Source: Eledone cirrhosa
Taxonomy: Eukaryota
DNA length: 64,000 nucleotides
Assembly: GCA_964016885.1 (NCBI GenBank)
Contig: OZ024741.1
Location: 153,078,001 to 153,142,000 of the forward strand
Reading direction: 5' to 3'
In this document: positions 1 through 13,659 of the stretch, one piece after another
Position numbering within the stretch: position 1 is the first letter of the stretch
How the letters are laid out: the number at the start of each line of letters is the position of its first letter
Notes under the pieces: model-generated
The model's database searches: none
Told to the model about the DNA's origin: nothing
Seen by the model: only the letters and a program-made list of their open reading frames with translations
Made by a program: the position numbers and the translations under genes

Positions 1-3000
1 AGTGGTGGTGGTTATAGAGGGTGTATCAGTGTAGTGGTGGTGGTTATAGAGGGTGTGTCAGTGTAGTGGTGGTGGTTATAGAGGGTGTTTCAGTGTAGTG
101 GTGGTGGTTATAGAGGGTGTGTCAGTGTAGTGGTGGTGGTTATAGAGGGTGTGTCAGTGTAGTGGTGGTGGTTATAGAGGGTGTGTCAGTGTAGTGGTGG
201 TGGTTATAGAAGGTGTGTAAGTGTAGTGGTGGTGGTTATAGAGAGTGTGTCAGTGTAGTGGTGGTGGTTATAGAGGGTGTATCAGTGTAGTGGTGGTGGT
301 TATAGAGGGTGTATCAGTGTAGTGGTGGTGGTTATAGAGGGTGTGTCAGTGTAGTGGTGGTAGTTATAGAGAGTGTGTCAGTGTAGTGGTGGTGGTTATA
401 GAGGGTGGGTCAGTGTAGTGGTGGTGGTTATAGAGGGTGTGTCAGTGTAGTGGTGGTGGTTATAGAGGGTGTATCAGTGTAGTGGTGGTGGTTATAGAGG
501 GTGGGTCAGTGTAGTGGTGGTGGTTATAGAGGGTGGGTCAGTGTAGTGGTGGTGGTTATAGAGGGTGTGTCAGTGTAGTGGTGGTGGTTATAGAGGGTGT
601 GTCAGTGTAGTGGTGGTAGTTATAGAGAGTGTGTCAGTGTAGTGGTGGTGGTTATAGAGGGTGGGTCAGTGTAGTGGTGGTGGTTATAGAGGGTGTGTCA
701 GTGTAGTGGTGGTGGTTATAGAGGGTGTATCAGTGTAGTGGTGGTGGTTATAGAGGGTGTATCAGTGTATTGGTGGTGGTTATAGAGGGTGTGTCAGTGT
801 AGTGGTGGTGGTTATAGAGATGTGTCATTTTAGTGGTGGTGGTTATAGAGGGTGTGTTAGTGTAGTGGTGGTGGTTATAGAGGGTGTATCAGTGTAGTGG
901 TGGTGGTTATAGAGGGTGTGTCACTGTAGTGGTGGTGGTTATAGAGGGTGTGTCAGTGTATGGTGGTGGTTATAGAGGGTGTGTTAGTGTAGTGGTGGTG
1001 GTTATAGAGGGTGTATCAGTGTAGTGGTGGTGGTTATAGCAGGTGTGTCACTGTAGTGGTGGTGGTTATAGAGGGTGTGTCAGTGTATTGGTGGTGGTTA
1101 TAGAGGGTGTGTCAGTGTAGTGGTGGTGGTGGTTATAAAGGGTGTGTCAGTGTAGTGGTGGTGGTTAGAGAGGGTGTGTCAGTGTAGTGGTGGTGGTTAT
1201 AGAGGGTGTGTCAGTGTAGTGGTGGTGGTTATAGAGGGTGTATCAGTGTAGTGGTGGTGGTTATATAGGGTGTGTCAGTGTAGTGGTGGTGGTTATAGAG
1301 GGTGTGTCAGTGTAGTGGTGGTGGTTATAGAGGGTGTGACAGTGTAGTGGTGGTGGTGGTTATAGAGGGTGTGTCAGTGTAGTGGTGGTGGTTATAGAGG
1401 GTGTATCAGTGTAGTGGTGGTGGTTATAGAGGGTGTATCAGTGTAGTGGTGGTGGTTATAGAGGGTGTGTCAGTGTAGTGGTGGTGGTTATAGAGGGTGT
1501 TTCAGTGTAGTGGTGGTGGTTATAGAGGGTGTGTCAGTGTAGTGGTGGTGGTTATAGAGGGTGTGTCAGTGTAGTGGTGGTGGTTATAGAGGGTGTGTCA
1601 GTGTAGTGGTGGTGGTTATAGAGGGTGTTTCAGTGTAGTGGTGGTGGTTATAGAGGGTGTTTCAGTGTAGTGGTGGTGGTTATAGAGGTTGAATCAGTGT
1701 AGTGGTGGTGGTTATAGAGGGTGTGTCAGTGTAGTGGTGGTGGTGGTTATAAAGGGTGTGTCAGTGTAGTGGTGGTGGTTATAGAGGGTGTGTCAGTGTA
1801 GTGGTGGTGGTTATAGAGGGTGTGTCAGTGTAGTGGTGGTGGTTATAGAGGGTGTGTCAGTGTAGTGGTGGTGGTTATAGAGGGTGTGTCAGTGTAGTGG
1901 TGGTGGTTATAGAGGGTGTGTCAGTGTATTGGTGGTGGTTATAGAGGGTGTGTCAGTGTAGTGGTGGTGGTTATAGAGGGTGTGTCAGTGTAGTGGTGGT
2001 GGTTATAAAGGGTGTGTCAGTGTAGTGGTGGTGGTTAGAGAGGGTGTGTCAGTGTAGTGGTGGTGGTTATAGAGGGTGTGTCAGTGTAGTGGTGGTGGTT
2101 ATAGAGGGTGTGTCAGTGTAGTGGTGGTGGTTATAGAGGGTGTGTCAGTGTAGTGGTGGTGGTTATAGAGGGTGTTTCAGTGTAGTGGTGGTGGTTATAG
2201 AGGGTGTTTCAGTGTAGTGGTGGTGGTTATAGAGGTTGAATCAGTGTAGTGGTGGTGGTTATAGAGGGTGTGTCAGTGTAGTGGTGGTGGTGGTTATAAA
2301 GGGTGTGTCAGTGTAGTGGTGGTGGTTAGAGAGGGTGTGTCAGTGTAGTGGTGGTGGTTATAGAGGGTGTGTCAGTGTAGTGGTGGTGGTTATAGAGGGT
2401 GTGTCAGTGTAGTGGTGGTGGTTATAGAGGGTGTGTCAGTGTATTGGTGGTGGTTATAGAGGGTGTGTCAGTGTAGTGGTGGTGGTTATAGAGGGTGTGT
2501 CAGTGTAGTGGTGGTGGTTATAAAGGGTGTGTCAGTGTAGTGGTGGTGGTTAGAGAGGGTGTGTCAGTGTAGTGGTGGTGGTTATAGAGGGTGGGTCAGT
2601 GTAGTGGTGGTGGTTATAGAGGGTGTGTCAGTGTAGTGGTGGTGGTTATAGAGGGGGTGTCAGTGTAGTGGTGGTGGTTATAGAGGGTGTGTCAGTGTAG
2701 TGGTGGTGGTTATAGAGGATGTATCAGTGTAGTGGTGGTGGTTATAGAGGGTGTGTCAGTGTAGTGGTGGTGGTTATAGAGGGGGTGTCAGTGTAGTGGT
2801 GGTGGTTATAGAGGGTGTGACAGTGTAGTGGTGGTGGTGGTTATAGAGGGTGTGTCAGTGTAGTGGTGGTGGTTATAGAGGGTGGGTCAGTGTAGTGGTG
2901 GTGGTTATAGAGGGTGTGTCAGTGTAGTGGTGGTGGTTATAGAGGGGGTGTCAGTGTAGTGGTGGTGGTTATAGAGGGTGTGTCAGTGTAGTGGTGGTGG

Positions 3001-6000
3001 TTATAGAGGGTGTATCAGTGTAGTGGTGGTGGTTATAGAGGGTGTGTCAGTGTAGTGGTGGTAGTTATAGAGAGTGTGTCAGTGTAGTGGTGGTGGTTAT
3101 AGAGGGTGGGTCAGTGTAGTGGTGGTGGTTATAGAGGGTGTGTCAGTGTAGTGGTGGTGGTTATAGAGGGTGTATCAGTGTAGTGGTGGTGGTTATAGAG
3201 GGTGGGTCAGTGTAGTGGTGGTGGTTATAGAGGATGTGTCAGTGTAGTGGTGTTGGTTATAGAGGGTGTGACAGTGTAGTGGTGGTGGTGGTTATAGAGG
3301 GTGTGTCAGTGTAGTGGTGGTGTTTATAGAGGGTGTATCAGTGTAATGGTGGTGGTTATAGAGGGTGTATCAGTGTAGTGGTGGTGGTTATAGAGGGTGT
3401 GTCAGTGTAGTGGTGGTGGTTATAGAGGGTGTTTCAGTGTAGTGGTGGTGGTTATAGAGGGTGTGTCGGTGTAGTGGTGGTGGTATAGAGGGTGTGTCAG
3501 TGTAGTGGTGGTGGTTATAGAGGGTGTGTCAGTGTAGTGGTGGTGGTTATAGAGGGTGTTTCAGTGTAGTGGTGGTGGTTAGAGAGGGTGTGTCAGTGTA
3601 GTGGTGGTGGTTATAGAGGGTGTTTCAGTGTAGTGGTGGTGGTTAGAGAGGGTGTATCAGTGTAGTGGTGGTGGTGGTTATAAAGGGTGTGTCAGTGTAG
3701 TGGTGGTGGTTAGAGAGGGTGTGTCAGTGTAGTGGTGGTGGTTATAGAGGGTGTGTCAGTGTAGTGGTGGTGGTTATAGAGGGGGTATCAGTGTAGTGGT
3801 GGTGGTTATATAGGGTGTGTCAGTGTAGTGGTGGTAGTTATAGAGGGTGTATCAGTGTAGTGGTGGTGGTTATAGAGGGTGGGTCAGTGTAGTGGTGGTA
3901 GTTATAGAGAGTGTGTCAGTGTACTGGTGGTGGTTATAGAGGGTGTGTCAGTGTATTGGTGGTGGTTATAGAGGGTGTGTCAGTGTAGTGGTGGTGGTTA
4001 TAGAGGGTGTGTCAGTGTAGTGGTGGTGGTTATAGAGGGTGTGTCAGTGTATTGGTGGTGGTTATAGAGGGTGTTTCAGTGTAGTGGTGGTGGTTATAGA
4101 GGGTGTGTCAGTGTAGTGGTGGTGGTTATAGAGGGTGTGTCAGTGTAGTGGTGGTGGTTATAGAAGGTGTGTAAGTGTATTGGTGGTGGTTATAGAGGGT
4201 GGGTCAGTGTAGTGGTGGTGGTTATAGAGGGTGTGTCAGTGTAGTGGAGGTGGTTATAGAGGGTGTATCAGTGTAGTGGTGGTAGTTATAGAGGGGGTGT
4301 CAGTGTAGTGGTGGTGGTTATAGAGGGTGTGTCAGTGTAGTGGTGGTGGTTATAGAGGGTGTATCAGTGTAGTGGTGGTGGTTATAGAGGGTGTGTCAGT
4401 GTAGTGGTGGTAGTTATAGAGAGTGTGTCAGTGTAGTGGTGGTGGTTATAGAGGGTGGGTCAGTGTAGTGGTGGTGGTTATAGAGGGTGTGTCAGTGTAG
4501 TGGTGGTGGTTATAGAGGGTGTATCAGTGTAGTGGTGGTGGTTATAGAGGGTGGGTCAGTGTAGTGGTGGTGGTTATAGAGGGTGTATCAGTGTAGTGGT
4601 GGTGGTTATAGCAGGTGTGTCACTGTAGTGGTGGTGGTTATAGAGGGTGTGTCAGTGTATTGGTGGTGGTTATAGAGGATGTGTCAGTGTAGTGGTGTTG
4701 GTTATAGAGGGTGTGACAGTGTAGTGGTGGTGGTGGTTATAGAGGGTGTGTCAGTGTAGTGGTGGTGTTTATAGAGGGTGTATCAGTGTAGTGGTGGTGG
4801 TTATAGAGGGTGTATCAGTGTAGTGGTGGTGGTTATAGAGGGTGTGTCAGTGTAGTGGTGGTGGTTATAGAGGGTGTTTCAGTGTAGTGGTGGTGGTTAT
4901 AGAGGGTGTGTCAGTGTAGTGGTGGTGGTTATAGAGGGTGTGTCAGTGTAGTGGTGGTGGTTATAGAGGGTGTGTCAGTGTAGTGGTGGTGGTTATAGAG
5001 GGTGTTTCAGTGTAGTGGTGGTGGTTATAGAGGGTGTGTTAGTGTAGTGGTGGTGGTTATAGAGGGTGTGTCAGTGTAGTGGTGGTGGTGGTTATAAAGG
5101 GTGTGTCAGTGTAGTGGTGGTGGTTAGAGAGGGTGTGTCAGTGTAGTGGTGGTGGTTATAGAGGGTGTGTCAGTGTAGTGGTGGTGGTTATAGAGGGTGT
5201 ATCAGTGTAGTGGTGGTGGTTATAGAGGGTGTGTCAGTGTAGTGGTGGTGGTTATAGAGGGTGTGTCAGTTTAGTGGTGGTGGTTATAGAGGGTGTATCA
5301 GTGTAGTGGTGGTGGTTATAGAGGGTGTGTCAGTGTAGTGGTGGTGGTTATAGAGTGTGTGTCAGTGTAGTGGTGGTGGTTATAGAAGGTGTGTCAGTGT
5401 AGTGGTGGTGGTTATAGAGGGTGTGTCAGTGTAGTGGTGGTGGTTATAGAGGGTGTGTCAGTGTAGTGGTGGTGGTTATAGAGGGTGTGTCAGTGTAGTG
5501 GTGGTGGTTATAGAGGGTGTGACAGTGTAGTGGTGGTGGTGGTTATAGAGGGTGTGTCAGTGTAGTGGTCGTGGTTATAGAGGGTGTATCAGTGTAGTGG
5601 TGGTGGTTATAGAGGGTGTATCAGTGTAGTGGTGGTGGTTGTAGAGGGTGTGTCAGTGTAGTGGTGGTGGTTATAGAGGGTGTTTCAGTGTAGTGGTGGT
5701 GGTTATAGAGGGTGTGTCAGTGTAGTGGTGGTGGTTATAGAGGGTGTGTCAGTGTAGTGGTGGTGGTTATAGAGGGTGTGTCAGTGTAGTGGTGGTGGTT
5801 ATAGAGGGTGTTTCAGTGTAGTGGTGGTGGTTATAGAGGTTGAATCAGTGTAGTGGTGGTGGTTATAGAGGGTGTGTCAGTGTAGTGGTGGTGGTGGTTA
5901 TAAAGGGTGTGTCAGTGTAGTGGTGGTGGTTAGAGAGGGTGTGTCAGTGTAGTGGTGGTGGTTATAGAGGGTGTGTCAGTGTAGTGGTGGTGGTTATAGA

Positions 6001-9000
6001 GGGTGTGTCAGTGTAGTGGTGGTGGTTATAGAGGGTGTGTCAGTGTAGTGGTGGTGGTTATAGAGGGTGTGTCAGTGTAGTGGTGGTGGTGGTTATAAAG
6101 GGTGTGTCAGTGTAGTGGTGGTGGTTAGAGAGGGTGTGTCAGTGTAGTGGTGGTGGTTATAGAGGGTGTGTCAGTGTAGTGGTGGTGGTTATAGAGGGTG
6201 TGTCAGTGTAGTGGTGGTGGTTATAGAGGGTGTGTCAGTGTAGTGGTGGTGGTTATAGAGGGTGTGTCAGTGTAGTGGTGGTGGTTATAGAGGGTGTGTC
6301 AGTGTAGTGGTGGTGGTTATAGAGGGTGTGTCAGTGTAGTGGTGGTGGTGGTTATAAAGGGTGTGTCAGTGTAGTGGTGGTGGTTAGAGAGGGTGTGTCA
6401 GTGTAGTGGTGGTGGTTATAGAGGGTGTGTCAGTGTAGTGGAGGTGGTTATAGAGGGGGTATCAGTGTAGTGGTGGTGGTTATAGAGTGTGTGTCAGTGT
6501 AGTGGTGGTGGTTATAGAGGGTGTGTCAGTGTAGTGGTGGTGGTTATAGAGGGTGTATCAGTGTAGTGGTGGTAGTTATAGAGGGGGTGTCAGTGTAGTG
6601 GTGGTGGTTATAGAGGGTGTGTCAGTGTAGTGGTGGTGGTTATAGAGGGTGTATCAGTGTAGTGGTGGTGGTTATAGAGGGTGTGTCAGTGTAGTGGTGG
6701 TGGTTATAGAGAGTGTGTCAGTGTAGTGGTGGTGGTTATAGAGGGTGGGTCAGTGTAGTGGTGGTGGTTATAGAGGGTGTATCAGTGTAGTGGTGGTGGT
6801 TATAGCAGGTGTGTCACTGTAGTGGTGGTGGTTATAGAGGGTGTGTCAGTGTATTGGTGGTGGTTATAGAGGATGTGTCAGTGTAGTGGTGTTGGTTATA
6901 GAGGGTGTGACAGTGTAGTGGTGGTGGTGGTTATAGAGGGTGTGTCAGTGTAGTGGTGGTGTTTATAGAGGGTGTATCAGTGTATTGGTGGTGGTTATAG
7001 AGGGTGTGTCAGTGTAGTGGTGGTGGTTATAGAGGGTGTGTCAGTGTAGTGGTGGTGGTTATAGAGGGTGTGTCAGTGTAGTGGTGGTGGTTATAGAGGG
7101 TGTATCAGTGTATTGGTGGTGGTTATAGAGGGTGTGTCAGTGTAGTGGTGGTGGTTATAGAGGGTGTGTCAGTGTAGTGGTGGTGGTGGTTATAGAGGGT
7201 GTGTCAGTGTAGTGGTGGTGGTTATAGAGTGTGTGTCAGTGTAGTGGTGGTGGTTATAGAGGGTGTGTCAGTGTATTGGTGGTGGTTAGAGAGGGTGTGT
7301 CAGTGTAGTGGTGGTGGTTATAGAGGGTGTGTCAGTGTAGTGGTGGTGGTTATAGAGGGTGTGTCAGTGTAGTGGTGGTGGTTATAGAGGGTGTGTCAGT
7401 GTAGTGGTGGTGGTGGTTATAGAGGGTGTGTCAGTGTAGTGGTGGTGTTTATAGAGGGTGTATCAGTGTAGTGGTGGTGGTTATAGGGGGTGTGTCAGTG
7501 TAGTGGTGGTGGTTATAGAGGGTGTGTCAGTGTAGTGGTGGTGGTTATAGAGGGGGTATCAGTGTATTGGTGGTGGTTATAGAGGGTGTGTCAGTGTAGT
7601 GGTGGTGGTTATAGAGGGTGTGTCAGTGTAGTGGTGGTGGTTATAGAGGGTGTGTCAGTGTAGTGGTGGTGGTTATAGAGGGTGTGTCAGTGTAGTGGTG
7701 GTGGTTATAGAGGGGGTATCAGTGTAGTGGTGGTAGTTATAGAGGGTGTGTCAGTGTAGTGGTGGTGGTGGTTATAGAGGGTGTGTCAGTGTAGTGGTGG
7801 TGGTGGTTATAGAGGGTGTGTCAGTGTAGTGGTGGTGGTGGTTATAGAGGGTGTGTCAGTGTAGTGGTGGTGGTTATAGAGGGTTTGTCAGTGTAGTGGT
7901 GGTGGTTATAGAGGGTGTGTCAGTGTAGTGGTGGTGGTTATAGAGGGTGTGTCAGTGTAGTGGTGGTGGTTATAGAGGGTGTGTCAGTGTAGTGGTGGTA
8001 GTTATAGAGGGTGTGTCAGTGTAGTGGTGGTGGTTATAGAGGGTGTGTCAGTGTAGTGGTGGTGGTTATAGAGGGTGTGTCAGTGTAGTGGTGGTGGTTA
8101 TAGAGGGTGTGTCAGTGTAGTGGTGGTAGTTATAGAGGGTGTGTCAGTGTAGTGGTGGTAGTTATAGAGGGTGTGTCAGTGTAGTGGTGGTGTTTATAGA
8201 GGGTGGGTCAGTGTAGTGGTGGTGGTTATAGAGGGTGTATCAGTGTAGTGGTGGTGGTTATAGAGGGTGTGTCAGTGTATTGGTGGTGGTTATAGAGGGT
8301 GTGTCAGTGTAGTGGTGGTAGTTATAGAGGGTGTGTCAGTGTAGTGGTGGTGTTTATAGAGGGTGGGTCAGTGTAGTGGTGGTGGTTATAGAGGGTGTAT
8401 CAGTGTAGTGGTGGTGGTTATAGAGGGTGTGTCAGTGTATTGGTGGTGGTTATAGAGGGTGTGTCAGTGTATTGGTGGTGGTTATAGAGGGTGTTTCAGT
8501 GTAGTGGTGGTGGTTATAGAGGGTGTGTCAGTGTAGTGGTGGTGGTTATAGAGGGTGTGTCAGTGTAGTGGTGGTGGTTATAGAGGGTGTGTCAGTGTAG
8601 TGGTGGTGTTTATAGAGGGTGGGTCAGTGTAGTGGTGGTGGTTATAGAGGGTGTATCAGTGTAGTGGTGGTGGTTATAGAGGGTGTGTCAGTGTATTGGT
8701 GGTGGTTATAGAGGGTGTGTCAGTGTAGTGGTGGTAGTTATAGAGGGTGTGTCAGTGTAGTGGTGGTGTTTATAGAGGGTGGGTCAGTGTAGTGGTGGTG
8801 GTTATAGAGGGTGTATCAGTGTAGTGGTGGTGGTTATAGAGGGTGTGTCAGTGTATTGGTGGTGGTTATAGAGGGTGTGTCAGTGTATTGGTGGTGGTTA
8901 TAGAGGGTGTGTCAGTGTAGTGGTGGTGGTTATAGAGGGTGTGTCAGTGTATTGGTGGTCGTTATAGAGGGTGTGTCAGTGTAGTGGTGGTGGTTATAGA

Positions 9001-11265
9001 AGGTGTGTCAGTGTAGTGGTGGTGGTTATAGAGGGTGTATCAGTGTAGTGGTGGTGGTTATAGAGGGTGTATCAGTGTAGTGGTGGTGGTTATAGAAGGT
9101 GTGTCAGTGTAGTGGTGGTGGTTATAGAGGGTGTGTCAGTGTAGTGGTGGTGGTTATAGAGGGTGTGTCAGTGTAGTGGTGGTGGTTATAGAGGGTGTAT
9201 CAGTGTAGTGGTGGTGGTTATAGAGGGTGTATCAGTGTAGTGGTGGTGGTTATAGAAGGTGTGTCAGTGTAGTGGTGGTGGTTATAGAGGGTGTGTCAGT
9301 GTAGTGGTGGTGGTTATAGAGGGTGTGTCAGTGTAGTGGTGGTGGTTATAGAGGGTGTGTCAGTGTATTGGTGGTCGTTATAGAGGGTGTATCAGTGTAG
9401 TGGTGGTGGTTATAGAGGGTGTATCAGTGTAGTGGTGGTGGTTATAGAGGGTGTATCAGTGTAGTGGTGGTGGTTATAGAGGGTGTGTCAGTGTATTGGT
9501 GGTCGTTATAGAGGGTGTATCAGTGTAGTGGTGGTGGTTATAGAGGGTGTATCAGTGTAGTGGTGGTGGTTATAGAAGGTGTGTCAGTGTAGTGGTGGTG
9601 GTTATAGAGGGTGTGTCAGTGTATTGGTGGTCGTTATAGAGGGTGTATCAGTGTAGTGGTGGTGGTTATAGAGGGTGTATCAGTGTAGTGGTGGTGGTTA
9701 TAGAAGGTGTGTCAGTGTAGTGGTGGTGGTTATAGAGGGTGTATCAGTGTAGTGGTGGTGGTTATAGAGGGTGTGTCAGTGTAGTGGTGGTGGTTATAGA
9801 GGGTGTGTCAGTGTAGTGGTGGTGGTTATAGAGGGTGTATCAGTGTAGTGGTGGTGGTTATAGAGGGTGTGTCAGTGTAGTGGTGGTGGTTATAGAGGGG
9901 GTATCAGTGTAGTGGTGGTGGTTATAGAGTGTGTGTCAGTGTAGTGGTGGTGGTTATAGAGGGTGTGTCAGTGTATTGGTGGTCGTTATAGAGGGTGTAT
10001 CAGTGTAGTGGTGGTGGTTATAGAAGGTGTGTCAGTGTAGTGGTGGTGGTTATAGAGGGTGTATCAGTGTAGTGGTGGTGGTTATAGAGGGTGTATCAGT
10101 GTAGTGGTGGTGGTTATAGAGGGTGTGTCAGTGTAGTCGTGGTGGTGGTTATAGAGGGTGTGTCAGTGTAGTGGTGGTGGTTATAGAGGGTGTGTCAGTG
10201 TAGTGGTGGTGGTTATAGAGGGTGTGTCAGTGTAGTGGTGATGGTTATAGAGGGTGTGTCAGTGTAGTGGTGGTGGTTATAGAGGGTGTGTCAGTGTAGT
10301 CGTGGTGGTTATAGAGGGTGTGTCAGTGTATTGGTGGTGGTTATAGAGGGTGTGTCAGTGTATTGGTGGTGGTTATAGAGGGTGTTTCAGTGTAGTGGTG
10401 GTTGTTATAGAGGGTGTGTCAGTGTAGTGGTGGTGGTTATAGAGGGTGTGTCAGTGTAGTGGTGGTGGTTATAGAGGGTGTGTCAGTGTAGTGGTGGTGG
10501 TTATAGAGGGTGTGTCAGTGTAGTCGTGGTGGTTATAGAGGGTGTGTCAGTGTATTGGTGGTGGTTATAGAGGGTGTGTCAGTGTATTGTGGTGGTTATA
10601 GAGGGTGTTTCAGTGTAGTGGTGGTGGTTATAGAGGGTGTGTCAGTGTACTGGTGGTGGTTATAGAGGGTGTATCAGTGTAGTGGTGGTGGTTATAGAGG
10701 GTGTGTCAGTGTATTGGTGGTGGTTATAGAGGGTGTTTCAGTGTAGTGGTGGTTGTTATAGAGGGTGTGTCAGTGTAGTGGTGGTGGTTATAGAGGGTGT
10801 TTCAGTGTAGTGGTGGTGGTTATAGAGGGTGTGTCAGTGTAGTGGTGGTGGTTATAGAGGGTGTGTCAGTGTAGTGGTGGTGGTTATAGAGGGTGTGTCA
10901 GTGTAGTGGTGGTAGTTATAGAGGGGGTATCAGTGTAGTGGTGGTTGTTATAGAGGGTGTATCAGTGTAGTGGTGGTGGTGGTTATAAAGGGTGTGTCAG
11001 TGTAGTGGTGGTAGTTATAGAGGGTGTATCAGTGTAGTGGTGGTTGTTATAGAGGGTGTGTCAGTGTAGTGGTGGTTGTTATAGAGGGTGTATCAGTGTA
11101 GTGGTGGTGGTTATAGAGGGTGTGTCACTGTAGTGGTGGTGGTTATAGAGCGTGTGTCACTGTAGTGGTTGTGGTTATAGAGGGTGTGTCAGTGTAGTGG
11201 TGGTGGTTATAGAGGGTGGGTCTGTGTATTGGTGGTGGTTATAGAGGGTGGGTCTGTGTATTGGT
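1..11265. repeat. 32-bp G/T-rich satellite array (AGTGGTGGTGGTTATAGAGGGTGTGTCAGTGT)n, about 350 copies, runs off the window start
   Basis: Unit repeats continuously with point variants and occasional extra GGT. Confidence 0.98.
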
Positions 11266-11309
11266 GTGAGCAGCTGATAACCAGTGCACAGCTGTAGACA
11301 ACAAACAAG

Positions 11310-12793
11310 AGGTGACCAATATATTAGTGTGGAGAACAGTGACCAATGTATTGGTGTAGACAACAGATGCCCAATGTATTGGTGTGGACAACAGATGACC
11401 AATGTATTGGTGTGAACAACAGATGACCAATCTATTGCTGTGGACAACAGTGACCAATGTATTGGTATGAACAACAGATGACCAATATATTGGTGTGGAC
11501 AACAGATGACCAATATATTGCTGTGGACAACAGTGACCAATGTATTGGTGTGGACAACAGATGACCAATGTATTGGTGTGAACAACAGATGACCAATGTA
11601 TTGGTGTGGACAACAGATGACCAATATATTGCTGTGGACAACAGTGACCAATGTATTGGTGTGAACAACATATGACCAATATATTGGTGTGGACAACAGG
11701 GGAACAATGTATTGGTGTGGACAACAGATGACCAATATATTGGTGTGGACAACAGATGACCAATGTATTGGTGTCGACAACAGATGACCAATATATTGGT
11801 GTGGACAACAGATGACCAATATATTGGTGTGGACAATAGATGACCAATGTATTAGTGTGGACAACAAATGACCAATATATTGGTGTGGACAAGAGATGGC
11901 CAATGTATTGGTGTGGACAACAGATGACCAATATATTGGTGTGGACAATAGATGACCAATGTATTAGTGTGGACAACAGATGACCAATATATTGGTGTGG
12001 ACAACAGGGGAACAATGTATTGGTGTGGACAACAGTGACCAATGTATTGGTCTGGACAACAGATAACCAATGTATTAGTGTGAACAATTAATGACCAATG
12101 TATTGGTGTGGACAAGAGATGGCCAATGTATCGTGTGTGCAACAGATGACCAATGTTCTGGTGTGGACAGCAAATGACCAATATATTAGTGTGTACAACA
12201 GATGACCAATATATTAGTGTGGACAACAGATGACCAATATATTGGTGCGGACAACATATGACCAATGTATTGGTATGAACAACAGATGACCAATATATTG
12301 GTGTCGACAACAGATGACCAATATATTGGTGCGGACAACAGATAACCAATGTATTAGTGTGGACAATAAATGACCAATATATTGGTGTGGACAAGAGATG
12401 GCCAATGTATCGTGTGTGCAACAGATGACCAATGTATTGGTGTGAACAACAGATGACCAATATATTAGTGTGGACAACAGTGACCAATGTATTGGTGTGG
12501 ACAAGAGATGACCAATGTATTGGTGTGAACAACAGATGACCAATATATTAGTGTGGACAACAGTGACCAATGTATTGGTGTGGACAAGAGATGACCAATG
12601 TATTGGTGTGAACAACAGATGACCAATATATTGGCGTGGACAACAGATGACTAATATATTGATGCGGACAACAGATGACCAATATATTGGTGTGGACAAC
12701 AGATGACCAATATATTGATGCGGACAACAGATGGCCAATATATTGGTGCGAACAATAGATGACCAATATATCGTTGTGCACAACAGATGACCA
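11310..12793. repeat. 27-28-bp minisatellite (GACCAATRTATTGGTGTGGACAACAGAT)n
   Basis: About 50 diverged tandem copies; unit contains the palindrome ACCAATATATTGGT; explains ORFs 11175-13035. Confidence 0.95.
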
Positions 12794-12796
12794 GCA

Positions 12797-13133
12797 AGTG
12801 GTGAGGTGGTTGTGGTAGTGGTAGTGGTTTGGTGGTGGTGGTGGTTTGGTGGTGGTGTTGGTGATGGTGGTGTTGGTGGTGTTGGTGGTGGTGGTGGTGG
12901 TGGTGGTTTGGTGGCGGCGGTGGTGTTGGTGGTGATGGGGTGGTAGTTGTAGCAGTAGTGGTGCTGTGGGATATTATGATCTGGTGAATTGTGGTATAAG
13001 CTTGGAGATGGGGTGGAGGAGGGAAGATTATCCATGGATTAATTACTTAAACAAATACTTTCTGAAACCTTATTTATTAGCTGTTAATCGTGATGGTAGT
13101 GATAGTGGTTGAGGTGGTGGTGGTGGTGGTGGT

Positions 13134-13175
<42 letters not shown>

Positions 13176-13211
13176 GATGGTGGTAGTGGTGGTGCTGCTG
13201 CTGTTGTTGCT

Positions 13212-13242
<31 letters not shown>

Positions 13243-13302
13243 ATGATGTTGATGAAGATGATGGTGGTGGTGGTTTTGGTGGTGATGCTGGAGGTGGTGG
13301 TG

Positions 13303-13334
<32 letters not shown>

Positions 13335-13630
13335 GGTGGTGGTGGTGGTGGTGGTGGTGGTGGTGGTGGTGGTGGTAGTGGTTTGGTGGTGGTGGTGGTT
13401 TGGTGGTGGTGTTGGTGATGGTGGTGTTGGTGGTGTTGGTGGTGGTGGTGGTGGTGGTGGTTTGGTGGCGGCGGTGGTGTTGGTGGTGATGGCGGTGATG
13501 GTGGTGGCGGTGGTGGTGGTGGGGATGGTGGTTGTGGTGGTGGTAGTGATAGTGGTGGTAGTAGTATAGACGGTGTGGATTGTGTTGTTGATGGTTGTGG
13601 TAGTGATGATGTAGGTGGTAATGGTAATGA
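12797..13630. repeat. Compound trinucleotide repeats (GGT)n/(GAT)n/(CTG)n/(GTT)n
   Basis: Directly visible. Confidence 0.95.
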
Positions 13631-13659
13631 TAGGAGCTGCTAGTATTAGTGACGATATT

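Noticed and set aside
1-11265. Telomeric repeat (TTATAGAGGG resembles TTAGGG)
   Set aside because: The unit is 32 bp with no TTAGGG runs; telomeric position cannot be shown from the window
11310-12793. CRISPR-like array of 28-bp palindromic repeats
   Set aside because: No unique spacers, eukaryotic context, no cas genes
11175-13569. Long ORFs of 130-280 aa
   Set aside because: Translations of minisatellite and triplet repeats, open in several frames
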